This document shows positions 37,001-47,029 of a stretch of 64,000 bases of DNA, one piece after another. The notes beneath the pieces are model-generated. The model was not told the DNA's origin, did not search any database, and saw only the letters and a list, made by a program, of their open reading frames with translations. Location: assembly GCA_041917295.1 (NCBI GenBank), contig JAYRXX010000025.1, positions 51,275-115,274 of the forward strand, given 5' to 3'. Both the position numbers and the translations under genes were made by a program. Every line of letters starts with the position of its first letter. Within the stretch, counting starts at the first letter, position 1. This DNA comes from Elusimicrobiota bacterium. Its GTDB lineage: Bacteria; Elusimicrobiota; Elusimicrobia; FEN-1173.

Positions 37001-39918
37001 CGTCAACGGGCCGGTTGTTGTTGCTGGCGCCGGGCGAAACGCCTCTTGCCGGCTCCCCCTCGGCTCCGGGGAAAGATTCGTCCGGGATTTCGTCGGTGGT
37101 GGCCAACACCGCCATGTCCTATACCCTGTTGGCCTGCGACCGTTTTTACAACCGCGATCTCACTTACACGGGGAATCCCTTTGCCCTTTCGTCCGACGAC
37201 GGCGCTATTGCCTTATCCAGCCTGGCCGTGACCGCCGGGTCCGGCACCGTGAGCGGGGTGTATTTAAACGGCAATGTTCCTAACCCGTCCACGGTGAGGG
37301 TGACCGCGGTGGATCAGGGGAACTCCAGCAAAACGTCTTATTCCGATGTCCCTGTGTTGGCGGGGGCCCATTACACGGTCACCGTACCCACGGCGGCCAC
37401 GGTTGGATCCCCTTTTTCCATGACGGTTGAACTGATCGATCCCAGCACCGGTTTGCCCATGGCGGGGGCCAGCAACTCCATTGCGCTGGAGGCCTTGACC
37501 TCTTCCGGGACCGCCACCACCACCCCCATTGGCGTGGCCGTGGCCACCCTAAACAACGGATCGGTGACTTTTCAACAGTCCTATGGAAACGTGGAAGTGA
37601 TTAAGATTCGCGTCACCGACAGTTTTAACCGCGCGGCGGATTCCGGCAATATCGTGGTGGACCCCAACGGGCTTATCTACAAATTTACCTTGCCCTCAAC
37701 CACCGTTACCGCCGACGACGTGTTCCCCATCACCGTGGGGTTGTATGATTCGGTCCAACAAAGCGTTTTGATTCAAAACGCCGCTTATCAACACAGCTTT
37801 AATCTCCATGTGTCCACAACCGCACCGGGACCTCAAGCGCAGGGAACCTACCCGGTCAATGCCGCCACGTTGTCCAACGGAGTGGCCAACTTTTCGTTCA
37901 GTTACACCAAAGCCGAGACCATCGTGATCGCCGCGTCCGGAACCGTGGCGGGGTTCCCGACCGTCAGCGGGTCGGCCGCCATCACTATTCATCCCGGGGC
38001 CTATGTTCGACTCCAAGTTGTCCCCCCCGGCGAAACGGCGGTTCCCGGAATTCCTTCGACCACGGGGAAGGTGACCACGGGCGACAAAACCCAAGTGGCC
38101 AAACAAGGTTTTTCTGTGATCGTTAACGCGGTGGATCGGAACTGGAATGTTGTGACGTCGATCAATACGCCCAGCAATCCGACGGTGCGTTTGTCAGGTT
38201 CGGACGGGTCTCTTGCGGGACGGCCTTTGCAATCGTTTATGAACGGACAAAGCCTGTTTACGAATGTGGCCCTCAACACCCCACCGTTGGTCACGATTAC
38301 GGCCGATGATACGTCGAACACCAATTTGTTCCCTCAATCGGTGGCCATTCCTTTAAACGGGCCGTCCTACGTGGTTACACTTCCCCCGGGCGGTCCATTT
38401 TACAGCGGGGACGAACTGAATTATGTGGTGACCTTGGCGTCCGGGAGTGTTTCGACCCCCTATACCGTGTCTATTCAGCCCTTGAACGCGGCCACCTACG
38501 AACCCTTGGATCTGTCCGACCTTGTTGTGGTCAGCCCAGCCACCGCGTCGGCCCGCAACGTGGTGGACTTTGTCAACCCGTTGAACCTGCGAATGAAATA
38601 CAACGTGGCCCGGGATGTGGTATTTAAAATTTCGGACGCGGATGGGTGGCAGGGTTACTCGTCTACCGTTTCGTTCATTCCCAACGGGGTGGATTACGAG
38701 TTGTCGTTCCCCGCTGAAACCCAGGTGGGGCCGCCCACCACGTTCCCCATGATTCTCACCCCCCTGGACAAAGTGACGGGCACCACGGCCATTAATTTTT
38801 CAACGTCCGTGACCATCACGCCCGTGAGTCCCATCGGAACGCCGATCACGGGCACCCTGCAAAAAACCACGGCACTCATCGACAGGGGCGCTCAAACATT
38901 TCAACAGGCGTTTTCCCAATCGGGTGTGTTTTATTTCACGGTTTCCGATGGTGTCAACACCACCACCAGCACCACCATGAACTTTTTGCCGGGTCCACTG
39001 GCGTCCATGAGTTCGAGTCTTTCCCCGGTGTTGGAGGCGGGGAACACCGAGGTTGTGAGAGTGACTCTTCTGGACGCATTTAACAATCCCATCCCCGTTA
39101 CGGCCGTCACTTTGTCGCTGGCCGATTCGTCGTTTGGGAACTTGTCCCCTCTCAGTGGGATCACGAACGAGTATGGCTGGGTGTCTTCCACGTTCACCAC
39201 CTCTTCCCAAAAATCCGGGCGCGGCGAATTTCGCGCCGCGTCAGGAACCACGCGGTTGGCCCAGACGTTTCGTTTATTGGGACCGCCCACCACCACGCTT
39301 CGCCCGGCAGGAATGGGAGTTGAAGACGCGTCCAGTTACGCTGTTAAACCCGGGGACGATTTGTATTTTGATTTGAGCGTCGATACCGGCCTGGATCCCG
39401 TGGGCGTCACCTACAGCATTGATGGGGATCCGCCCATCACCACGACGGCCTACACCCATCTGGTGACGGGTATTTACTCGTTTGGGCCCATCAATTTTAG
39501 TGTCCCCGGTCGCCACACCGTTGAATACTACGGTGTGACTCAATCCACCGCTTCGCTCATGCTCCACACGGAAACGACCCGGACGAGCAAAACCATTTAT
39601 GTGTCCGCGGTCACCACACCGGAAGAAGGGATGGTGAATTATCCAAACCCCTTCCGGGCTGGTCGGGACTTGGCCTTTTTGGAATACCATCTTTCGGCCG
39701 ACGCGGGGGTTACCCTGACCATTTACGATTTATTGGGCCAAAAAGTATGGGAGCGGTCCTATTCCCAGGGTGAAAACGGGGGACAGTCCGGACTGAACCG
39801 CGTTTCCTGGGACGGTAAATCCAGCGACGGCGTGGTGGTGGGCAACGGCGGCTATGTGGCCGTGTTGGAAGCGGCGGATGGAACCAAACTAAAACGAAAA
39901 ATAGCGGTGAAAAAATGA
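34018..39918 (+). CDS. Giant (1966 aa) Ig/beta-repeat surface protein with a C-terminal FlgD-Ig-like / T9SS-type sorting domain
   Basis: Signal peptide; T/S/G/V-rich beta-strand repeats throughout; the C-terminal ~90 aa (NYPNPFRAG...LTIYDLLGQKV...WDGKSSDG...GGYVAV) matches the Por/T9SS C-terminal sorting-domain and FlgD-Ig pattern. Confidence 0.8.
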   Translation: MRGLTFMGRIGLATFSLFAGTVSALAFDSYRITVPTDVMKGDPDVVFQVTPLQGALPQYSPHNIYISLPSGILENPLADPPNGLDNTSIVNWGLFANNSSVAGNTPLTVTEALAASPVTTTKYFNLQNVVRSFEIVPPASFTGTTGTPFQITVRAKDGLAGAGAVVTGFNDDVLVSALIGDVVVNGAGNLVSGSDFVNGEAVVSVMLRGTDPSTRTNRITVSASNNYFSLGVATGYVDVNVNPGSYDHLVMLFPGETLVPGNILITNGKTGTATAATANVAVSQVSVYLVDAFNNPVLSAPGGGVTLDYSSLSHPATDTVPGPRTISVGNNVDIVSGGFSFQVGNVSHQIRVADQADATKNSVTSISVNSGAANLISVGTVSTPQTAGQTFTITARVVDGTPSANTVVSYPSGRAVNVTLTNCAGNGLGGGSLDTNPSLAGVQTTVNFTNGVFTGPIVLYPRAVTACVKFDDGLGNFGESNGFVIQNGDQFRLHIVMPGQAFTPGQAPGNAPSLPTTQTAGDIITATVYVVDQAWNVVNVTDGGWTPGAVVISLENSVGTPGYVDLTVASPDMPASGNNASATGVRLRTAYPAGDARLVARMSGLEGRSDPFTINPSAYTQLVFVAPGETLASGIQSSVQPDGKTGSPTDQAVNANIPVAVHLTDAYFNTIINPPLAGGTWPSLTFSTTAPAGATVTYSFSNPFLMTDGSFDNQLVLGTIGANTLRVVDTSPTPKSINQTINVTAGEVTRFLVTPNAASSTPDAIAIQTAGVPFNLTFKAFDQYDNEAKNFSGDVYLELWDNGVPLSYGGTISPSTVTFVAHPVTGGVVANVPVTITYAGQALGSGADFLRVRAYVNTPTMREGFSAFFNVQELLTWSDIVITRPGESLRPGLGPPYKTGTPTSVPAGDSFEVTVTAVDSYGNKVNQSGVAELSMVTPGVFANLGTPPRLTFTAGTESGYVQVYTAGSSVIQSSVAANGFTDRSTGTITAGSYAASTGRLLLLAPGETPLAGSPSAPGKDSSGISSVVANTAMSYTLLACDRFYNRDLTYTGNPFALSSDDGAIALSSLAVTAGSGTVSGVYLNGNVPNPSTVRVTAVDQGNSSKTSYSDVPVLAGAHYTVTVPTAATVGSPFSMTVELIDPSTGLPMAGASNSIALEALTSSGTATTTPIGVAVATLNNGSVTFQQSYGNVEVIKIRVTDSFNRAADSGNIVVDPNGLIYKFTLPSTTVTADDVFPITVGLYDSVQQSVLIQNAAYQHSFNLHVSTTAPGPQAQGTYPVNAATLSNGVANFSFSYTKAETIVIAASGTVAGFPTVSGSAAITIHPGAYVRLQVVPPGETAVPGIPSTTGKVTTGDKTQVAKQGFSVIVNAVDRNWNVVTSINTPSNPTVRLSGSDGSLAGRPLQSFMNGQSLFTNVALNTPPLVTITADDTSNTNLFPQSVAIPLNGPSYVVTLPPGGPFYSGDELNYVVTLASGSVSTPYTVSIQPLNAATYEPLDLSDLVVVSPATASARNVVDFVNPLNLRMKYNVARDVVFKISDADGWQGYSSTVSFIPNGVDYELSFPAETQVGPPTTFPMILTPLDKVTGTTAINFSTSVTITPVSPIGTPITGTLQKTTALIDRGAQTFQQAFSQSGVFYFTVSDGVNTTTSTTMNFLPGPLASMSSSLSPVLEAGNTEVVRVTLLDAFNNPIPVTAVTLSLADSSFGNLSPLSGITNEYGWVSSTFTTSSQKSGRGEFRAASGTTRLAQTFRLLGPPTTTLRPAGMGVEDASSYAVKPGDDLYFDLSVDTGLDPVGVTYSIDGDPPITTTAYTHLVTGIYSFGPINFSVPGRHTVEYYGVTQSTASLMLHTETTRTSKTIYVSAVTTPEEGMVNYPNPFRAGRDLAFLEYHLSADAGVTLTIYDLLGQKVWERSYSQGENGGQSGLNRVSWDGKSSDGVVVGNGGYVAVLEAADGTKLKRKIAVKK

Positions 39919-41300
39919 GCCGACAACATGGATTGAGTTTTCAAGTGGGGTTTGTATTTGCGTTGACGGGACTGGTATTGACCAGTTCGGTTCAAGCCGA
40001 CACGTCGTTTGGAAAACCCGGGGACTATTTGAGGTATGGGGCCGGCGCCCGGGCGTTGGCCATGGGCGGCGCCTTTACCGCGGTGGCCGACGATGTGTCC
40101 GCCGATTACTGGAACCCCGCCGCCCTGGCGTTTATGGACGAATATCAGTTTCAAACCATGTACGCGCCGTTTCATTTGGACAGCGACCTTTATTACCTGG
40201 CGTTTGGCGCGCCCTTGGGGCCCACGTGGGGAACCGTTGCGGTATCGGACACGATGCTCCGATCCACGGGATTCCAAAGCCGGGACAATTTGAATTTTGT
40301 TTCAGGTGGGGACGGCACCGTGTCGGACAACGCCCTCTCGGTTTCGTACGGTCGTTCGTTTCAGGAGTTTTGGTCGGCGGGAGCCCGGTTGCGGTTTTTG
40401 CAACAAAACGTCGTAAACGATTCCGGGAACGCCATGGCCATGGATTTGTCGGGGTACACGCGACCTTTTCACGGCGTGAGCGCAGGGTTGACGATCAACA
40501 ATTTAAACCGGCCGGAAATTAATTTGGACTCGGATCCCGATGTCTATCGACCTTTCTATCGAATGGGATTGGCTTACCGGGCGCCGCGGGACCTGTTCAT
40601 CGTGGGTTTGGACGCCAATAAAGTCGAAAATCAGAGCGCATACTACACGATGGGCGTTGAATACAATCCCACGCCGGTCCTGAGCCTGAGGGCGGGATGG
40701 GACCAGAACCAAGAAATCACCGCTGGGGTCGGATTGGCCATGCGCTACGCCCGGTTCGACTATGCTTTTGCCAACCAGGACGATTTGGGCGCGACCAACC
40801 GGGTCTCCCTCACGTTGCGGTGGGGCAATATTTATCAGGCCCGCATCGCGCCGGAAGGCCTTGCGCCGAAGTCGGACGCGATATATATAGAAGGGATTCG
40901 AAACGAAGTAAAGTTTAAAGTGGACGTCCCGCCGTTCAAGCTTGTGAGGTGGACGTTGATCCTGACCGACGAGGATGGCCGAACTGTGCGCACGTTGACG
41001 CAACAGTACCATCCCGGCACGGCGATTTTGTGGGACATGACCGACGAGAACGGCCGGCCGGTGAAACGCGGCGCTTACAAATATCGGTTCGCCGTGGAAT
41101 ACAAAACCGGGCGGTTCTGGGAAGAGCGGGGGCGATTCCGATTGGATTACAAAACCAACGCCGTGCCGGAAATCGATCTGCGCATGCGCACGCCCGAGGG
41201 GTTGGAAGGCGCCCAACCCGATCCCGCGCCGGCGCCCGCCACGGCGCCGGTTCCGTCAGAGAATAAAGAAACACAAACAGATAAACAGGCACAGCCTTAA
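39915..41300 (+). CDS. FadL/PorV-like outer-membrane beta-barrel protein with a C-terminal FlgD-Ig-like domain
   Basis: Signal peptide. GAGARALAMGGAFTAVADDVSADYWNPAALAF matches the FadL/TodX/PorV N-terminal signature. The C-terminal ~80 aa (WTLILTDEDGRTVRTL...WDMTDENGRPVKRGAYKYRF) is FlgD-Ig-like. Translationally coupled to the giant protein gene (ATGA overlap). Confidence 0.65.
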   Translation: MSRQHGLSFQVGFVFALTGLVLTSSVQADTSFGKPGDYLRYGAGARALAMGGAFTAVADDVSADYWNPAALAFMDEYQFQTMYAPFHLDSDLYYLAFGAPLGPTWGTVAVSDTMLRSTGFQSRDNLNFVSGGDGTVSDNALSVSYGRSFQEFWSAGARLRFLQQNVVNDSGNAMAMDLSGYTRPFHGVSAGLTINNLNRPEINLDSDPDVYRPFYRMGLAYRAPRDLFIVGLDANKVENQSAYYTMGVEYNPTPVLSLRAGWDQNQEITAGVGLAMRYARFDYAFANQDDLGATNRVSLTLRWGNIYQARIAPEGLAPKSDAIYIEGIRNEVKFKVDVPPFKLVRWTLILTDEDGRTVRTLTQQYHPGTAILWDMTDENGRPVKRGAYKYRFAVEYKTGRFWEERGRFRLDYKTNAVPEIDLRMRTPEGLEGAQPDPAPAPATAPVPSENKETQTDKQAQP

Positions 41301-41313
41301 GGGGACGGACACC

Positions 41314-44300
41314 ATGACGAAACTCATGTGGAAACGCGGTGCGGCGGTTTTGTTGGCGGCATGGGGGCTTTCGGGGCTCGGCCAGGCGGCGTTTGTGAAC
41401 CCAGACGCGGATCGGCTGTTTACGGTGCTGTCGGGGGCGTTTCAATCGGGCAAACACGAATCGTCCATTGCCGAATGCCGCAATTTCCTGCGTCAATTTC
41501 CGCGCCATCCCAAGGCGCCATCGGTTCAATACATCAAGGCCGAGGCCTTCTTCCTTCAAAAGCGTTGGCCGGAAGCCGCCGCCGAATACAAAGAATTTAT
41601 CGACAACAACCGCGGCCCCGACAGCGCCAATCTGGCGGTGTCGGCTCGGTTCCGGTTGGGCGAATGCCACCTCCACTTGAAAAAGTATTTGACCGCCCTG
41701 GACCATTTTGCCTGGGTTGAAAAATCCAAAAACGACGTGTTGCGTGCGGAGGCGTTGTTGGGATCCGCGTATTGCTATTTGGGACGGCGGGAAAGCCCCC
41801 GGGCGGAAGGGTATTTTGTGAAACTGCTGGAATCCCACGCGGGGTACGCTTCTCTGCCGCGGGTGGTGGTGCCCTTGGCGTTGATTTACATGGAACGGGG
41901 AGAATACAAAAGCGCCTTGGATTTGCTGGAACGGGCCCCGGATGATCCCGCCTGTTTGTATTACCGAGGGGTGTGCCAACGGCTGTCCAACCGTGTGATC
42001 GCTTCCGCTCAGCTTTTGAAAGAAACCTTGGACAACGATTCCGAAAAAGATTGGACCGACAAAGCCCTGTATGAAATGGGGGAATCGTATTTTCAATCGA
42101 AGGAATACCCGTTGGCTTACGACTCCTTTCGCCGGCTTTACAAAAACGAACTCGCCAGCCCTCTTCGGCCCTTCGCCCTGTTTCGCATGGGGTGCGTGGA
42201 TTTCCAGAACGGCAATTTCGAACAGGCCGGTTTGAACTGGGGCCAGTTGGTCAAAGAATTTCCCCAAACCCTGTCGGGGCCCGCCAGCCAATATTTGCTG
42301 GCGGAAATATCGCTTCGCCAAGGGGAACTGGCCAAAGCGATCCCCGGCTTTTCGGCCTTGATGACGAACGACGACTACACCATGGACGCCCAGTTTAAAG
42401 TGATTTGGAGTTTGGCTGTCCAAGGCCAATACGATTTGGCCATCACCAAAGCCGACCATTTCATTAAAGATTTCGAGTGGGGCGAACTGCACGCCAAAGT
42501 GAGCCTGATTAAAGGCCTTTGTCAAATGCTGATGAAAAAAACCGACGAATCCCTGGTGACGTTTCAATTCATCATCGATCGCTATCCGAACACATCCTAC
42601 TTTGACAAAGCCTTGTATCTGATGGCGGTCACGATGATCCAGGAACGGCGATACGCCGAGGTGGTGACCCACGTGTACGGGTTGCTCAAACGCGCTCCCG
42701 CCACGCCCACGCCGTGGCAGGCGGAAACCTATTATTGGGTGGCCGAAGCCTATTACAACATCGAGCAGTTTGAATTGGCCCGTCAAACATACGAATTGGT
42801 CACCAAAAATTATCGTTCGTCCCCGTGGGTTCCGGGAGCGATGCTGGGCATGGCCGCCAGCCTGTCGCGGTTAGGCGAATACGACGCGGCCGCCGACATG
42901 CAAGCCCGCGCCCGGGAGCTGTCCCAGGAAATCGGATCGGCCGACACCAAAAAAGCCGGCGTGTTGGATTCCGCCGACGTGTTCTTCAACAAACGGGAGT
43001 ATGCCCGGGCGTCGGCCTTTTACGAGGAATTTATCACCAAATACCCGGACGACAGCCGAATTGAACGGGCCCTGTACCAAGCCGGGTTGGCGTTGTATCG
43101 CCAAGAATACTTCACCGACGCCATCGCCAAGTGGAGCCTGTTGTCGACCAAATACAAAAATTCCCGCCACGCCCCCGACGCGTTGTTTCAAACCGCTCGA
43201 ACCTATTTCGGGTTGGGCCAATACAACCCGGCTTACCAATCGTTTCGCAAGTTAACCGAGATGTATCCCGATTCGCCCCTGGCCAAAGAGGCGCTCCTTC
43301 AAATGGGCCAGTGTTTCTACAACGCGGGCGACATTCCCCGGGCCATCGAACAGTACAACGCCTACCTGCAAAAATACCCTTCGGACGAAAAAACAACCGA
43401 AGTCCAGGAACTGTTGCAAATGGCCTATTACAAGCAGGGCAAATCGGCTGGAGACATGAAAGCCCTGGTTTCGGCGTTTCCCAAAAGCAAGTTTACTGCC
43501 GATATTTATTGGGAACTGGGCGCCGAAGCCTACAACCGCAAAGACTACGACAGGGCCTTGGACTATTTTGAACGGTTGGTTCTGGATTTTCCCGACACCA
43601 CCCAGGCCACGCAAGCGTTTTATTACAAAGCGGACTCTTACTTCTTGAAAGGGGATTTCACGGCGTCTGCGAACGCGTTCAAGAATTTCATAACGAATTT
43701 TCCCCAAGAAGCCTTAACGCGCGACGCGCGGTTTAAATTGGCGGTGTGCTTTTTTAGCCTGAAAGATTACGGCCAGGCGGCGGTGGCGTTCAATGATTTC
43801 CAAGAAGCCCACCCGTCGGACCCGAAAGCACGGGACGCGGCGCTCAACATCCCCGTGTGTTACACCAAGGCCGGCCAGCCCTACCAGGCCATCGACGCCT
43901 ATGGGAACTTTATCCGCCGTTACCCCAACGACGAAAAAACCGCCTACGTGACCATGCAGGTCGCCCAGCTGTATGAAGATGCCGAGGATTATTTGAAGGC
44001 GGTGGAAACCTACAAGAACGTGCCGCTGAACGATCCCGACGTTTTTGAGGCGACGTTTAACATGGCCCGGTGTTACGAAAAACTGAAGGCCCCCACGGAA
44101 CAGAAGAAGGCTTATGAGACCCTGCGGACCCTGTCGCCCAAAGACAACACGTTCCGGTTGGCCGGACTGGCGTTGTTGGGGGAAATGTATGAACGGGAAG
44201 GGGCCGCGGGGGCCGCGGCGGCGGTGTATGCGGACATCGCGTCGTTCAGCACCAACGCGGAGTGGCGTTCCATCGCCCAGCAAAAAGTGAAAGAATTGGG

Positions 44301-44337
44301 CGGGGTCGTCCAAGAAGAGAAAAGACGGAAAAAATAA
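41314..44337 (+). CDS. Large TPR-repeat protein (1007 aa), secreted or periplasmic
   Basis: Signal peptide and more than 15 TPR-like 34-aa repeats (W/LG/Y/A/F/A/P patterns, e.g. AEAYYNIEQFELARQTYELV); resembles a CpoB/YbgF-like protein on a much larger scale. Confidence 0.8.
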   Translation: MTKLMWKRGAAVLLAAWGLSGLGQAAFVNPDADRLFTVLSGAFQSGKHESSIAECRNFLRQFPRHPKAPSVQYIKAEAFFLQKRWPEAAAEYKEFIDNNRGPDSANLAVSARFRLGECHLHLKKYLTALDHFAWVEKSKNDVLRAEALLGSAYCYLGRRESPRAEGYFVKLLESHAGYASLPRVVVPLALIYMERGEYKSALDLLERAPDDPACLYYRGVCQRLSNRVIASAQLLKETLDNDSEKDWTDKALYEMGESYFQSKEYPLAYDSFRRLYKNELASPLRPFALFRMGCVDFQNGNFEQAGLNWGQLVKEFPQTLSGPASQYLLAEISLRQGELAKAIPGFSALMTNDDYTMDAQFKVIWSLAVQGQYDLAITKADHFIKDFEWGELHAKVSLIKGLCQMLMKKTDESLVTFQFIIDRYPNTSYFDKALYLMAVTMIQERRYAEVVTHVYGLLKRAPATPTPWQAETYYWVAEAYYNIEQFELARQTYELVTKNYRSSPWVPGAMLGMAASLSRLGEYDAAADMQARARELSQEIGSADTKKAGVLDSADVFFNKREYARASAFYEEFITKYPDDSRIERALYQAGLALYRQEYFTDAIAKWSLLSTKYKNSRHAPDALFQTARTYFGLGQYNPAYQSFRKLTEMYPDSPLAKEALLQMGQCFYNAGDIPRAIEQYNAYLQKYPSDEKTTEVQELLQMAYYKQGKSAGDMKALVSAFPKSKFTADIYWELGAEAYNRKDYDRALDYFERLVLDFPDTTQATQAFYYKADSYFLKGDFTASANAFKNFITNFPQEALTRDARFKLAVCFFSLKDYGQAAVAFNDFQEAHPSDPKARDAALNIPVCYTKAGQPYQAIDAYGNFIRRYPNDEKTAYVTMQVAQLYEDAEDYLKAVETYKNVPLNDPDVFEATFNMARCYEKLKAPTEQKKAYETLRTLSPKDNTFRLAGLALLGEMYEREGAAGAAAAVYADIASFSTNAEWRSIAQQKVKELGGVVQEEKRRKK

Positions 44338-44371
44338 AACGATTTAAACAACGTCCTCTAAGGAGCGCGAT

Positions 44372-44995
44372 ATGATGCAGATGGGTTTCAAAGAGTGGTT
44401 CATGGTCAATCCACCCATCATCAGCACGATTTTGGTGTTTTCCGTGCTGTTGGTGGCGTTCACGTTTGAGCGCATGTGGGTTTTTCGCCAGGAAGCGAAG
44501 TTTCCCAAAGAGCTCTGGGACCGGATCGTCGGACTTGTGCGGGAACGTAAACTGCGCGACGCGATCGCTCTGTGCGAAGGCACGCCGGGGGTGTTCGCCC
44601 GGGTGTTCCGGTCCGGCTTGGAAGGAGCGCTGGTGTCCCGGCTGGACGCGGAAGACGGCATGGTGATCGAAAAAGAAGAGGGCCAGGAAATTTTGCGCAA
44701 GCGGGTCGGTATGTTCGGCACCATTTCTTTCATTTCGCCTCTCATTGGGTTGTTGGGTACCGTGTTGGGCGTGTTGCGCGCCTTCCACGATTTGGCCAAA
44801 TCGGGGTCCGGCGGACCCTCGGTGGTCGCGGCCGGTATTTCGGAAGCGTTGATCACAACGGTGGCCGGGTTGGTGGTGGCGGTTCCGGCGGCCATGATAT
44901 ACAACTACTTCAATTTTCGTCTGCGCGCCATCCTGGTGGAGATGAACACCTACGGCCAGCGATTGCTGTTGACCGTGTTCGGAGAAAAGCGATAG
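44372..44995 (+). CDS. MotA/TolQ/ExbB proton-channel protein
   Basis: 207 aa with three TM helices and a conserved C-terminal TM2-TM3 region (GLLGTVLGVLRAF...AGISEALITTVAGLVVAVPA). Confidence 0.85.
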   Translation: MMQMGFKEWFMVNPPIISTILVFSVLLVAFTFERMWVFRQEAKFPKELWDRIVGLVRERKLRDAIALCEGTPGVFARVFRSGLEGALVSRLDAEDGMVIEKEEGQEILRKRVGMFGTISFISPLIGLLGTVLGVLRAFHDLAKSGSGGPSVVAAGISEALITTVAGLVVAVPAAMIYNYFNFRLRAILVEMNTYGQRLLLTVFGEKR

Positions 44996-45001
44996 GGTTC
45001 C

Positions 45002-45427
45002 ATGAAACGAGCCAGCATTGAGAAAGGGGAAAACGAGGAAGCGTCGGAAATCAACGTGGTGCCGTTGGCGGACATCTCGTTGGTGCTCCTGATTATCCTC
45101 ATGCTCATCACGCCCATGGTGATGCAGTCCATGATTAAAATCGCCTCTTCCGGCGCCGCGACCGCGGTTGCGGTCAATGAGGCCGAAAAAGAAAAGCCCC
45201 TGATCGTCGAAGTTCGCCCGGAAGGATTTTGGTTGAATAAAAACAAAATGGAGTCGGCCGTTGACCTTCAGCGCTATTTGGCCGGGGAACTGTCGCGGAA
45301 AAACGACCGAACCGTGATTATCACCGCCACCAAAGGGGTCCGCCACGGAATGGTCGTGGCCGCGTTGGATATGTCCAAACAGGCCGGCGCCGAAAAATTA
45401 TCGTTGGTTAAGAGAGCCAAAAAATGA
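45002..45427 (+). CDS. ExbD/TolR family protein (first copy)
   Basis: Single N-terminal TM helix (INVVPLADISLVLLIILMLITP) and an ExbD periplasmic domain; 141 aa. Confidence 0.85.
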   Translation: MKRASIEKGENEEASEINVVPLADISLVLLIILMLITPMVMQSMIKIASSGAATAVAVNEAEKEKPLIVEVRPEGFWLNKNKMESAVDLQRYLAGELSRKNDRTVIITATKGVRHGMVVAALDMSKQAGAEKLSLVKRAKK

Positions 45428-45846
45428 AACGCGTCAAAGAGCAAGGCAACTCTATTTCCGGGATCAACATCACCCCGATCATTGATATTACGCTGGTGTT
45501 GCTCATCATTATGTTGGTGGCGGCGCCGGTGTTGAATATTCCCAACATGAACGTGGAACTGCCCGAAGCCTACACCTCGGAAACCAAACAGCAGAACGTG
45601 TCGGTCTCCTTGGGCACGGATCTGCGGGTGGCCATCGATGAAAACATCGTGCCCATTGAAAACCTGCCCCGGCTGTTGGACGCCGTCTTAAAAAAGAAAC
45701 CGTCTTCGATCGTTATCATCCGGGCCGATAAAGACGTGGACTATGAAAACGTCGAAAATTTGATTGAAACGATCAAAACAAAAACCCGCGCCAAAAAAAT
45801 TGCCGTGGCCACAAAACAAAAAACCGTGACCCCGGGAGCCCCCTGA
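45424..45846 (+). CDS. ExbD/TolR family protein (second copy)
   Basis: INITPIIDITLVLLIIMLVAAP TM helix; 140 aa; ATGA-coupled to the first copy. Confidence 0.85.
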   Translation: MKRVKEQGNSISGINITPIIDITLVLLIIMLVAAPVLNIPNMNVELPEAYTSETKQQNVSVSLGTDLRVAIDENIVPIENLPRLLDAVLKKKPSSIVIIRADKDVDYENVENLIETIKTKTRAKKIAVATKQKTVTPGAP

Positions 45847-47018
45847 TGTTGACGGTCAACGACCATATATTTGGGAGTCCCCGGGAGATGTTGTGTGTGG
45901 CCGTGGCGTTGGCCCTTCATGTTCCGCTCTATTTCTGGCAGGCGCGCCCGGACACGGGCGTGGCCGCCGATCCCATAACGGAAATTGATTTTATGGTCGA
46001 AGAGGAAGAACGGGAAAAACCGCCTCCGCCTCCGGAAGAAAAAAAAGAAACCACCAGTTTTTTCAAGAAAATCCAAGAAGCCGTGGGTTTGGCCACCCCC
46101 AAACCGTTGCCCAAATTGGTGATTGAAACAAAGCCCAAAACCGAATTGGCGGGGTTGGCCGACACCAATAAAATTCAGGCCCCCGCCAAAATGGCCGAGT
46201 CCATGCAACAGCAGGCCCGGCTGGTGGAGAAAGACCGCACCGTGGCCGGGGCTTTTGATGTGGGAAAAATTGAAACCAAGGGGCCCGGTTTGGCGGGTGT
46301 CGGGATGGGGCCCGGGGACAAGCTGGGGGGCGGGACGTTAAAAGAAAAATCGTCGGCGTTTAAAATTGCCCAAGGGGATCTGCCCTTTGCGGTTAAGAAA
46401 AGCGCCGGTGGGTTGGCGGATTCCGATGCCGATGCGCCGCGGATTGCCCTTTCAAACAAAACCGATAAGCGGGTGACGTCGGTGTCCACGGCGTTTTTTG
46501 GGACCGGTGGCGGCACCGGTGGCGGCGACGGGGCCGGGGAAGGCGGCGGAGGCGCTCTCAAAGACAAAAGCGGGGGGAAAGGGTTGGTTGGCGTGTCGGG
46601 CGGTTTTTCCAGAATGGGTGCCCCAGGAACGGTTTCGGGGTCCGGCGGCGGCGGGCTGGTGGGCGTCCCCTCCGGGAAACCCGGCGCCGGCGGAGCCGGC
46701 GCGGGCGGTGGCAAAGTTCCCTACGAAATTTCCGGGTCGGTGTTTGGCCGGGGTATTTTGTATCAGGTGCTTCCCAAACTTCCGGATTGGGCGAAAGAAA
46801 AAGGTCTTTTTGCCATTGTTCGCATCGATTTTTTTGTGCGCCATACCGGTGAAGTGAACGTCAATAAAACCATCGTGAGGCAGAGTTCGGGATACCCCAA
46901 TTTGGACACGACAGCCATGGAGGCGTTAAACCAATGGCGGTTCGCCCCGTTGGACGATCCCGCCCAGAAAGGCAAAGAACAGACGGGAACCATTTCCTTT
47001 ACATTCAAGGCCTTGTAA
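45846..47018 (+). CDS. TonB-family energy transducer
   Basis: N-terminal TM helix, a Pro/Glu/Lys-rich spacer (EEEREKPPPPPEEKKE), a Gly-rich region, and a C-terminal TonB domain (ALNQWRFAP). Confidence 0.75.
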   Translation: MLTVNDHIFGSPREMLCVAVALALHVPLYFWQARPDTGVAADPITEIDFMVEEEEREKPPPPPEEKKETTSFFKKIQEAVGLATPKPLPKLVIETKPKTELAGLADTNKIQAPAKMAESMQQQARLVEKDRTVAGAFDVGKIETKGPGLAGVGMGPGDKLGGGTLKEKSSAFKIAQGDLPFAVKKSAGGLADSDADAPRIALSNKTDKRVTSVSTAFFGTGGGTGGGDGAGEGGGGALKDKSGGKGLVGVSGGFSRMGAPGTVSGSGGGGLVGVPSGKPGAGGAGAGGGKVPYEISGSVFGRGILYQVLPKLPDWAKEKGLFAIVRIDFFVRHTGEVNVNKTIVRQSSGYPNLDTTAMEALNQWRFAPLDDPAQKGKEQTGTISFTFKAL

Positions 47019-47029
47019 CGGAGGACACA